This document shows positions 6,126-14,367 of a stretch of 14,483 nt of DNA, piece after piece. Position 1 is the stretch's first letter; every line of letters starts with the position of its first letter. A model generated the notes under the pieces. It saw only the letters and a list, made by a program, of their open reading frames with translations, was not told where the DNA came from and searched no databases. The position numbers were made by a program, and so were the translations under genes. Source of the stretch: a virus (taxonomy: Duplodnaviria > Heunggongvirae > Uroviricota > Caudoviricetes); the IMG/VR virus record IMGVR_UViG_3300027763_000047, positions 70,308 through 84,790 of that record, one strand, 5' to 3'.

Positions 6126-8786
6126 GTGAGTTATGTAGACGCATTATATTCCCGCGACGCGGATCGTATACATATTGTAGAACGTGTTGATGGTAAAAGA
6201 GTATACAAAGAATATCCAGCCAATCACATATTTTATTATGATGATCCCCGTGGTAAGTTCCAGTCAATATATGGAACTTCTGTGGCTCGTTTCTCCAGCC
6301 GGAACTTAAAAGAGTTTCGTAGGGAAGTGGCGGTGCAAAAAGGTCGGCAACTTTACGAATCCGATATTAACCCCGTGTTCCGTTGTCTGGAAGAAAACTA
6401 TAAAGACAAAGATGCGCCAACACTACACGCAGCGTTTTTCGATATTGAGGTAGACTTCCACAAAGAACGAGGATACAGTCCTACGTCAGATCCATTTAAT
6501 GCTATTACCGCAATATCAGTCTATCTGCAATGGATAGATCAATTGGTCACCTTGGTTATTCCACCAAAACACATGAGCATGGAGACAGCACAGGAGATAG
6601 CATCGGAATTTGAAAACACTATTGTATTTGATAGTGAGGAGGAGATGCTAAAAACTTTCCTGGATCTAATTGAAGATGCAGATGTACTGTCAGGTTGGAA
6701 TAGCGAGGGCTATGATATTCCCTACACAGTGAATCGTATTACTCGTGTGTTGAGTAAGGACGACACTCGTAGGTTCTGTCTTTGGGGACAATATCCCAAG
6801 CCACGCGACTACGAACGCTATGGCACTACCAGCACAACATATGATTTAATTGGGCGGGTACATTTGGATTATATGCAGTTGTATATACAATATACATATG
6901 AGGAACGACATAGTTATAGTCTGGATGCTATTGCTGAGTATGAGTTAAACGAACACAAGACACAATACGAAGGAACACTGGATCAACTGTATAATCAAAA
7001 CTTTAAAAAGTTTATTGAATATAACAGACAGGATACAATGATCCTGAATAAACTTGACACCAAGTTACGCTTCTTGGACCTAGCCAATGAACTAGCACAC
7101 GCTAACACAGTAACTCTGCAGAAGACCATGAGTGCAGTGGCGGTGACGGAACAGGCTATTATCAATGAAGCACATGAGCGTGGATTGGTCGTTCCCAATA
7201 AGAAACAACGATTACACGATGAGGATACTGCCGCGGCGGCAGGTGCTTATGTTGCGTATCCTAAAAAAGGTATACACGAATGGATTGGTGCTGTGGATAT
7301 TAACAGTCTGTATCCATCAGCTATTCGTGCGTTGAATATGGGAATGGAAACGGTAATTGGTCAATTACGTCCGGTAATGACCGATCGATATCTTGATGAT
7401 CTTATCAGTCAGGGAAAATCTGCAACAGCAGCATGGGAAGGTATATTTGCATCGTTAGAATATACTGCGGTGATGGAACAGCAACGCGGTACTGAGATCA
7501 CTGTAGACTGGCAGAATGGTGAGAAGTCCGTACACTCGGCTGCTGAGATCTGGAACATGGTGTTTAACAGTAACCAACCCTGGATACTGACTGCTAATGG
7601 TACCATTGTCACTTATGAGCGCAAGGGTGTTGTCCCGGGACTGCTGGAGCGGTGGTATGCTGAACGTAAAGAACTACAGGCCAAGAAGAAAGCAGCTACC
7701 GATCCAAAAGAAATAGCATTTTGGGATAAGCGTCAGTTGGTTAAGAAAATTAACCTAAACAGCTTATATGGTGCTATTCTTAATCAACATTGTCGGTTCT
7801 TTGACAAGCGTATTGGACAGTCAACTACGCTGACTGGTCGTAGTATTGCTCGTCATATGGCCGGTCATATCAATGAATGTATCATGGGTGTTAAGGATCA
7901 TGTAGGCGAAGCCATCGTATATGGTGATACAGACTCATGTTACTTTACTGCTTGGCCCGCGATTAAAGACGACGTAGCTAAGGGCGCAATGACCTGGAAC
8001 AAGGACATGTGTATACAGTTATATGATAATATTGCTGATCAAGTTAACGAATCATTTCCAGCATTTATGGAACAGGCATTCCACTGCCCGCGAGAGATGG
8101 GCGAACTGATCAAAGCAGGGCGCGAGCTGGTGGCATCTAACAGTTTGTTTATTACCAAGAAACGCTATGCTGTGTTGATCTATGACCTTGAAGGTAAACG
8201 ATTGGATACCGATGGTAATCCTGGAAAGATTAAGGCCATGGGATTGGATCTAAAAAGATCAGATACTCCTAAAGTGGTGCAGGAGTTCTTGTATGAGATT
8301 CTGGAAAAGGTCTTGACGGGTACATCACGTGATGATATTATTGAAAGAATACGAGAATTTAAATATGCGTTTAAAGATAGACCAGCTTGGGAAAAAGGCA
8401 CTCCTAAACGTGTTAACAATCTAACTACATACACCAAGAAAGAAGAAGCTGCGGGTAAGGCTAATCTTCCCGGTCATGTTCGTGCAGCATTAAATTGGAA
8501 TAATCTGCGCAGAATGAACAGCGACAAATATAGTATGCAGATCGTTGATGGTATGAAAACTGTGGTGTGCAAACTAAAGGCTAATCCACTAGGTTGGACT
8601 AGTATTGGTTATCCTACAGATGAACAACGCTTGCCCGAATGGTTTAAGGAATTGCCATTTGACCACAGTTTAATGGAAGCCACAATTGTAGATCAAAAGA
8701 TCGATAACCTGCTAAGTGTACTAAACTGGGATCTAGCAAGTGCCACTAACACAGAAAATACTTTCCAATCACTATTTGAGTTTTAA
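6126..8786 (+). CDS. polB: Family B DNA polymerase with 3'-5' exonuclease (T4 gp43-like)
   Basis: ExoI FFDIEVD, ExoII GWNSEGYDIPY, ExoIII YNRQD, motif A DINSLYPS, motif B KINLNSLYG, motif C YGDTDS, and KKRY. GTG start directly after the upstream TAA. Confidence 0.97.
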   Translation: MSYVDALYSRDADRIHIVERVDGKRVYKEYPANHIFYYDDPRGKFQSIYGTSVARFSSRNLKEFRREVAVQKGRQLYESDINPVFRCLEENYKDKDAPTLHAAFFDIEVDFHKERGYSPTSDPFNAITAISVYLQWIDQLVTLVIPPKHMSMETAQEIASEFENTIVFDSEEEMLKTFLDLIEDADVLSGWNSEGYDIPYTVNRITRVLSKDDTRRFCLWGQYPKPRDYERYGTTSTTYDLIGRVHLDYMQLYIQYTYEERHSYSLDAIAEYELNEHKTQYEGTLDQLYNQNFKKFIEYNRQDTMILNKLDTKLRFLDLANELAHANTVTLQKTMSAVAVTEQAIINEAHERGLVVPNKKQRLHDEDTAAAAGAYVAYPKKGIHEWIGAVDINSLYPSAIRALNMGMETVIGQLRPVMTDRYLDDLISQGKSATAAWEGIFASLEYTAVMEQQRGTEITVDWQNGEKSVHSAAEIWNMVFNSNQPWILTANGTIVTYERKGVVPGLLERWYAERKELQAKKKAATDPKEIAFWDKRQLVKKINLNSLYGAILNQHCRFFDKRIGQSTTLTGRSIARHMAGHINECIMGVKDHVGEAIVYGDTDSCYFTAWPAIKDDVAKGAMTWNKDMCIQLYDNIADQVNESFPAFMEQAFHCPREMGELIKAGRELVASNSLFITKKRYAVLIYDLEGKRLDTDGNPGKIKAMGLDLKRSDTPKVVQEFLYEILEKVLTGTSRDDIIERIREFKYAFKDRPAWEKGTPKRVNNLTTYTKKEEAAGKANLPGHVRAALNWNNLRRMNSDKYSMQIVDGMKTVVCKLKANPLGWTSIGYPTDEQRLPEWFKELPFDHSLMEATIVDQKIDNLLSVLNWDLASATNTENTFQSLFEF

Positions 8787-9713
8787 ATGACAGTAACGGA
8801 ATTAGTACATTTTAAAAATCAACTGGATAAGCTGTCGGTTCCGCCTATACTAGAGAAGGCGGATATCGCTTTACAAGAATTTTCTCATGTAATGTCCGTG
8901 CATTCGTCTACTGATGTCGATAAGATTATCAACAGCCATGCAGCTATCAAAGAAGCATTTAATTCTTTTGACAATGAATTAGCTGAGATTAAACGCAACT
9001 TAAAAAGCAACATTGAAGAAGCGGAACGAGTATTATTTCAACAAAGCTATAGAGCATACCATGATGAAAGTATCTACGATGCGCACCATATTCTAGGTAG
9101 GCGTTGGCAACCCGATATTAATCTTGAATTGTTTTATTCTAGAGTTAAGAAAACAGTGGATTGGCATTATCCCGCTATGATTTTCCGCCCGGGATTTGCC
9201 AACTTCATTGATGATATGGTGGGATACGATCCCTTATATCTCGTTGAAGTTAGCCATCAATTTTTAGAACCAGTATTAACGAAATTTAACCCGCAATATC
9301 AGAGAAGACTGCGTCCATATATTATTAAAGAACACACTGACGATCCGCTGCTAGACCGATTGCCCAACGAACAGTTTGGTGTAATTGTAGGGTGTCACTT
9401 TTTTAACTTTAGGCCCCTGGAAGTGATTAAGAAATACCTGTCGGAAATTTATACCAAATTAAGACCAGGTGGTGTGTTTATGCTGACGTTCAATGACTGC
9501 GATCGTTGGCCAGCAGTAAAATTAGTGGAAGAAAAGAAAGACGGCAGTTATACACCCGGTAGTTTAGTTTTTGAATTGGCAAAATCCATGGGGTATACTA
9601 TAGATTATTGCTGGCATGATGAAGGTCCACAGACCTGGCTTGAATTACGCAAACCCGGTATGTTATCATCGCTGAGAGGCGGACAGACTTTGGCAAAAAT
9701 AATTTCAAAATAG
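8787..9713 (+). CDS. Class I SAM-dependent methyltransferase-fold protein with a helical N-terminal extension
   Basis: C-terminal LDRLPNEQFGVIV...YLSEIYTKLRPGGVFML is typical of class I methyltransferases. Motif I is degenerate (MIFRPG). Acidic residue at the end of the predicted beta-2 strand (YLVE). Confidence 0.65.
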   Translation: MTVTELVHFKNQLDKLSVPPILEKADIALQEFSHVMSVHSSTDVDKIINSHAAIKEAFNSFDNELAEIKRNLKSNIEEAERVLFQQSYRAYHDESIYDAHHILGRRWQPDINLELFYSRVKKTVDWHYPAMIFRPGFANFIDDMVGYDPLYLVEVSHQFLEPVLTKFNPQYQRRLRPYIIKEHTDDPLLDRLPNEQFGVIVGCHFFNFRPLEVIKKYLSEIYTKLRPGGVFMLTFNDCDRWPAVKLVEEKKDGSYTPGSLVFELAKSMGYTIDYCWHDEGPQTWLELRKPGMLSSLRGGQTLAKIISK

Positions 9714-9743
9714 TTGCAAGGTCTAAATACAATCTGTTATACT
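9714..9743 (+). promoter_or_regulatory. Sigma70-like promoter (TTGCAA-18 nt-TATACT, extended -10 TGn) with a late-type CTAAATACA nested in its spacer
   Basis: TTGCAA at 9714-9719, TG at 9735-36, TATACT at 9738-9743, CTAAATACA at 9723-9731. SD-like AAAGGA precedes the ATG at 9768. Confidence 0.6.
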
Positions 9744-9767
9744 ACATTTATTATAAAAGGAAATAAA

Positions 9768-10490
9768 ATGCGAGATCATCTATTAGATTTAATCAGTCAC
9801 ATTCATGCATTGGGCGGCATCGACCAGCTAAGAATTTCAGGTACAGACACAGAAACAAATTTCAACGCTATTGCTGACGATCGTTCGGTGGTAATTGACG
9901 GTATGTTTATTAATCCCGTAGCAGACTTCATGGGCACATTTGGTATGCCCAATTTGAAGAAACTTAGTATTCTATTGAACTTAAAAGAATACCAAGAAGG
10001 TGCTAAGTTAACTATGAGCCGCAAAGATACCGGAGCCCCGGATCAACTGACTTTTGTAAACACCAACGGTGACTTTAAAAACAGCTATCGTTTTATGGCA
10101 GAAGCCCTGGCTAATGAAAAGATCAAACCTCCCAAGTTTAAAGACGTTACCTGGAACGTTGAATTTGAACCTAGTGCTGCTGCTATTCTGCGTTTAAAGA
10201 TGCAAGCGTCAGCTAACGAAGAAGAAAATACATTCCAAGCTAAAGTTGAAGATGGGGATCTGAAGTTTTACTTTGGTGACCATAGCTCACACGCTGGTAA
10301 CTTTGTATTCCAACCTGATGTAGGTGGTGATATCAAACGTGCATGGCAATGGCCCGTTAAGACAGTTATTGGCATTTTGGATTTAGCTGGTGACAAAATT
10401 ATGCGTATTAGCGATGGCGGTGCTACACAAATCATTGTTAACTCTGGTTTGGCAATCTATACTTTCATTATTCCAGCGCAGACAAAGTAA
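9768..10490 (+). CDS. DNA polymerase sliding clamp (T4 gp45-like), 240 aa
   Basis: Size and segment pattern parallel gp45 (FGMPNLKKLSILLNL; YRFM...KIKPPKF; VEFEPSAAAILRL). Replisome context. Start moved from the track's TTG at 9714 to the ATG at 9768, which follows an SD. Confidence 0.7.
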   Translation: MRDHLLDLISHIHALGGIDQLRISGTDTETNFNAIADDRSVVIDGMFINPVADFMGTFGMPNLKKLSILLNLKEYQEGAKLTMSRKDTGAPDQLTFVNTNGDFKNSYRFMAEALANEKIKPPKFKDVTWNVEFEPSAAAILRLKMQASANEEENTFQAKVEDGDLKFYFGDHSSHAGNFVFQPDVGGDIKRAWQWPVKTVIGILDLAGDKIMRISDGGATQIIVNSGLAIYTFIIPAQTK

Positions 10491-10493
10491 TCA

Positions 10494-12092
10494 ATGACTC
10501 AAGATAACCTTACCGCCAAACAACTGGACTATGCGATTTTTCTTCCTGCATTGTCGGGTTTTTACTCCAGCTATATAGGCAAACAACGTGGCGGCGTTCA
10601 CGTTGAACCTGCTCGTATGCCCGCCAATATCCAGGATATGGAGATGCTTAATTGGCTCAACGACCAAAAGGCATTGTTCCCATATAAATGGAGTCTGTAC
10701 TCCGCGGGGCATGCCAATTTAGATATCAATAAACAGGACTGGGCCGAAGACATGGTGCGTAATCGTGATCCCAATACATTCCTGTTGGGTGATTCAGGCG
10801 GGTTCCAGATCGGCAAAGGTCGATGGGAAGGTGACTGGAAAAATCCTGCATGTCCCAAAGCAAAACAAAAACGTGAGCAAGTTCTTGCCTGGATGGATGC
10901 GTATATGGACTATGGCATGGTACTGGATGTGCCTACATGGATTACCAACTTTCCCAATAGTCGCAAGGTCACTGGTATCAATACATATCAAGACGCTGTT
11001 GATGCTACGTATATTAATAATGAATATTTTATTGCCAATCGTTCGGGCAAATGTAAATTTTTAAATGTACTACAGGGTGGCAATCAAACAGACGCACACA
11101 AGTGGTATAACACCATGAAGAAGTATTGTGATCCAAAACAATATCCCGGCAAACATTTTAATGGCTGGGCACTGGGCGGACAACATACGTCTGATATTGA
11201 ACTGGTATTAAAAAGAATAGTTACACTTAGGTTTGAAGGATTGCTTGAAGAAGGTCTACATGACTGGATGCACTTCCTGGGTATTGGTAGACTTGAGTGG
11301 GCGTTGATGTTGACCGACATTCAACGTGCTGTTCGTAAATATCACAATCCAAACTTTACTGTTAGCTTTGACTGTGCAAGTCCATTCTTGGCTACTGCCA
11401 ATGGACAAGTATATCATCAAATTGATATTCAGGATAGGAAGAAGTGGTGCTATCGCATGAGTCCTATTGTTGACAATAAAAAGTACGCGACTGACACACG
11501 CACATATCGTGATGCGGTGCTACAAGATGGCCTAATAAAACACTTTGACGAGAGCCCAATGAGTGCAAACTTCCTGGTTAAAGATATCTGTTACTATAAA
11601 GATGGAGTTCCTAAAACTCCGGCTGAATTGGGAACGGAAACTTTTGATCCAGCTAATCCAGCACATTACACAGTGATGCCTGATCTAAATAAAATAGGCA
11701 AGATAGGTAGAACAAGTTGGGACTCGTTTAGCTATGCATTGCTAATGGGACACAATGTCTGGACTCATATTGAATCTGTGCAGCGTTCCAATCGTGAGTA
11801 TGATGCTGGAATTTGTCCCACTATGCTGGTAGAAGAAAAGTTTGAACAGCTATATTTCAGAGATTTAGTAGATGCCATATTTTCTATTGACAATTTAGAA
11901 GATGCTCTTGCTTTCATTGACTATCATGATAAATTTTGGCAACGGTTCGTTGGCACTAAAGGCGCTACTGGAAAGAAAACTGTTAATTCACGTACTATGT
12001 TTGATGCGTTATTTGAAATCCCCGATTATACGCAAGTAGATGAATCTGAACTGGATGAGTCTAAACTTGAAGATCTGGAAAAATCCGCATGA
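10494..12092 (+). CDS. dpdA: TGT-fold guanine transglycosylase, DpdA-like (probable 7-deazaguanine insertion into DNA)
   Basis: TGT catalytic and binding motifs in the expected order: GD100SGGFQ, VLD145, LQ194G, ALG228G, H260FLG, SFD293C and GH420N. No CxCxxC Zn motif. Confidence 0.8.
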   Translation: MTQDNLTAKQLDYAIFLPALSGFYSSYIGKQRGGVHVEPARMPANIQDMEMLNWLNDQKALFPYKWSLYSAGHANLDINKQDWAEDMVRNRDPNTFLLGDSGGFQIGKGRWEGDWKNPACPKAKQKREQVLAWMDAYMDYGMVLDVPTWITNFPNSRKVTGINTYQDAVDATYINNEYFIANRSGKCKFLNVLQGGNQTDAHKWYNTMKKYCDPKQYPGKHFNGWALGGQHTSDIELVLKRIVTLRFEGLLEEGLHDWMHFLGIGRLEWALMLTDIQRAVRKYHNPNFTVSFDCASPFLATANGQVYHQIDIQDRKKWCYRMSPIVDNKKYATDTRTYRDAVLQDGLIKHFDESPMSANFLVKDICYYKDGVPKTPAELGTETFDPANPAHYTVMPDLNKIGKIGRTSWDSFSYALLMGHNVWTHIESVQRSNREYDAGICPTMLVEEKFEQLYFRDLVDAIFSIDNLEDALAFIDYHDKFWQRFVGTKGATGKKTVNSRTMFDALFEIPDYTQVDESELDESKLEDLEKSA

Positions 12093-13000
12093 AGAGTCTT
12101 GTTATAGGTATGGGCATCGGCCAGTTATATCTTCATGTATTAGTTGAGTTAGGTCACGAAGTTGTTACTGTTGATAGTGATGCTGCTAAATCAGCCGATT
12201 ATACTAACGTAAAATCAGCATTACAGGAACACGCATATTTTGATACAGTAAACATTTGTACTCCTAACTTTACTCATTTGGAGATAGCAAGGGCTGTAGC
12301 TAAACATGCCAGGATCGTGTTCATTGAAAAACCAGGGTTAGAAACTTCAGCACAATGGAAACATCTATGTAATGAGTTTCCCGACACACGTTTTATGATG
12401 GTTAAGAATAATCAATATCGTGATAATATTAATGTATTAGCACAACTAGCACATAAGGCAACGATTATTAATCTAACATGGAACAACAACGATCGTGTTC
12501 CTAACCCTGGCACTTGGTTTACCACGTATGATTTATCGTTTGGTGGAGTAAGTAGAGATTTAATTCCACACTTATTAAGTTTATTCCAATCGCTGTCAGG
12601 CTTTACTCATGATCAAGCTAAACTAGATTACGAAACAGTGGATCAACGTTGGCAATTAAAAGACTTAATCAAAACTGACTATGGCATTGTAAATCCTAAT
12701 GGAGTATATGATGTCGAAGATCATATAGAATTGCATTTTAATGACGCACAAGGCCGTAAGTGGTTTATTGAAAGTGACTGGCGTACACTAAATGGTGACG
12801 ATCGCAGTATTCTAATGATATTTGCGGATGGGTCTCGTTATTATTATGAATTAGGCTTGTGTCCTGAAGATGCGTATAAGCGTATGATTGATACTGCTGT
12901 TAAAATGACGGACGTCGACGCATACTGGCAACATCAATATGAGTTGGATATGTGGATACATAAAACAATTGAATCGCTTGATTTAGTGGGGGCAACATGA
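12089..13000 (+). CDS. Gfo/Idh/MocA family NAD(P)-dependent oxidoreductase
   Basis: N-terminal VIGMGIG Rossmann motif, ICTPNFTH, FIE80KP and GGVSRD157LIPH161. ATGA-coupled to the dpdA-like gene. Confidence 0.9.
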   Translation: MKSLVIGMGIGQLYLHVLVELGHEVVTVDSDAAKSADYTNVKSALQEHAYFDTVNICTPNFTHLEIARAVAKHARIVFIEKPGLETSAQWKHLCNEFPDTRFMMVKNNQYRDNINVLAQLAHKATIINLTWNNNDRVPNPGTWFTTYDLSFGGVSRDLIPHLLSLFQSLSGFTHDQAKLDYETVDQRWQLKDLIKTDYGIVNPNGVYDVEDHIELHFNDAQGRKWFIESDWRTLNGDDRSILMIFADGSRYYYELGLCPEDAYKRMIDTAVKMTDVDAYWQHQYELDMWIHKTIESLDLVGAT

Positions 13001-13902
13001 GAACAAGAATTTTATATACAGATGGGAAGGGTAAGTTTACGGAAACAGGTTGGAATAAACCCGATCCCACCGCAGATGAGATTGAAGTCAAAGCCGTTAT
13101 GACCGGAGTATGCCGCAGCGACATTGACATGATGACTGGGGGCTTTGGTCCATTACCCTTGGAAATGAGTGGGCACGAAGGTCTGGGCAAGGTTACTCGT
13201 GTTGGGGCAAATGTACTGGACGTACGGGTAGGCGACCTAGTCTCCACTCGCGGCGAGCCAGCATATTCCGACTACTACAATGTTCGGCAGGGAGAGTATG
13301 TATCGGTACCCGAGGCACATCCTCGATACATTATTGAGCCAGTGGCCTGTGGGTATAACCTCATCATGCAGACATATGACGAACTGCTGGCACGACATGG
13401 CGATGGCAGTCGATTGTTAATCCTGGGCAGTGGATTTTTGGCTTGGGTAGCATATAACTCATTAATCATAGAAGGATTGCGATTTGAGGTAGATGTTGTG
13501 GGCAGTAGCAACACCGCAATATGGAAAGATCGATTACAGGATAAACCCGTAGGGCAGTACGATGTTGTTATTGACCTAAGTGATAAGACTACTGTATTTG
13601 ATAGCGATATATTGAATCTTGGTGCATTAGTAGTCATGGGCACACAGAAACAAGTCACAACTGATTTTAGTCAACTGCTATGGAAAGCATGTACCATGGT
13701 ATTTCCCAGTCCCCGCAATCCGAGATTCCATTTAGTCATGGCTCGTGCGGAGTTTTGGGTAAGTAAAGGTAACTTAGATGTTGACTACTTCTGGACGCAA
13801 GCGTATACTAGAGATAGTGAGTGGCAACAGGCTTTTGACGATGGCTTAAATCGTCCCAAAAATTATAGCCGTGGTTATATTGTATGGCAGGATAACAAAT
13901 GA
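12997..13902 (+). CDS. Zn-dependent medium-chain (MDR) dehydrogenase lacking the structural-Zn lobe
   Basis: GVC39RSD, GH60E61GLG, GDLV, IE114PVAC and Rossmann LILGSGFLA. The four-Cys loop is absent. ATGA-coupled. Confidence 0.9.
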   Translation: MRTRILYTDGKGKFTETGWNKPDPTADEIEVKAVMTGVCRSDIDMMTGGFGPLPLEMSGHEGLGKVTRVGANVLDVRVGDLVSTRGEPAYSDYYNVRQGEYVSVPEAHPRYIIEPVACGYNLIMQTYDELLARHGDGSRLLILGSGFLAWVAYNSLIIEGLRFEVDVVGSSNTAIWKDRLQDKPVGQYDVVIDLSDKTTVFDSDILNLGALVVMGTQKQVTTDFSQLLWKACTMVFPSPRNPRFHLVMARAEFWVSKGNLDVDYFWTQAYTRDSEWQQAFDDGLNRPKNYSRGYIVWQDNK

Positions 13903-14357
13903 TTAATCAACAACGACAACAAGCATTAGCAGAAGAAGCTATCCGTATTATGTATAAAGCAGAACGTAAAGTATGGGTAACCTTTCGCAAAGAAGGTATT
14001 CACAAGTATCCCGCAGCAGCAACAGATCCCTTACTAGCAACAGGTGATGAATATGATGTGTCATTTCTAGCTAATGAGCATAGACATATTTTCCACTTCC
14101 GTGTTTGGATTGATGTATTTCATAACGATCGTGATATTGAGTTTATTCAGTTTAAACGATGGTTAGAAAATCTTTACAAAGATGGTATTCTATCATTAGA
14201 TTATAAATCATGCGAAATGATCGCAGATGATTTATATATTAACATTTCTGCACGTTATCCTAAACGTGCGGTGTGGATTGAGGTCTCCGAAGATGGTGAG
14301 AACGGATGCCTCATTAAATACGAACTTTCTCGCCCTTCACAAACAGTATTAATTTAA
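13899..14357 (+). CDS. QueD-like T-fold protein, DpdL-type
   Basis: EGIH, L57ANEH61RH63IF65 in place of QueD CxxxHGH, DRDIEF, SCEMIA (compare TAENIA) and VSEDGEN. ATGA-coupled. Confidence 0.75.
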   Translation: MINQQRQQALAEEAIRIMYKAERKVWVTFRKEGIHKYPAAATDPLLATGDEYDVSFLANEHRHIFHFRVWIDVFHNDRDIEFIQFKRWLENLYKDGILSLDYKSCEMIADDLYINISARYPKRAVWIEVSEDGENGCLIKYELSRPSQTVLI

Positions 14358-14367
14358 AGGAATTAAA

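Noticed and set aside
6126-8786. Intein, intron or split in the polymerase
   Set aside because: Motifs are normally spaced in a continuous 886-aa ORF.
9714-9767. TTG start giving an 18-aa N-terminal extension of the clamp
   Set aside because: This stretch holds the promoter elements and the SD for the ATG at 9768.
499-11692. Other TAAATA copies (about 500, 4983, 11686) as late promoters
   Set aside because: They lie inside coding sequence, and the hexamer is expected by chance in AT-rich DNA.
10494-12092. Ordinary bacterial tgt in a host chromosome
   Set aside because: It lacks the Zn motif, is much longer, and sits in a phage replisome context.
1044-13658. Minus-strand ORFs in the track (e.g. 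1238-1678, 2867-3295, 4600-4974, 5438-5809, 12900-13247)
   Set aside because: They lie antisense to long, coupled, motif-bearing + strand genes and show no motifs of their own.
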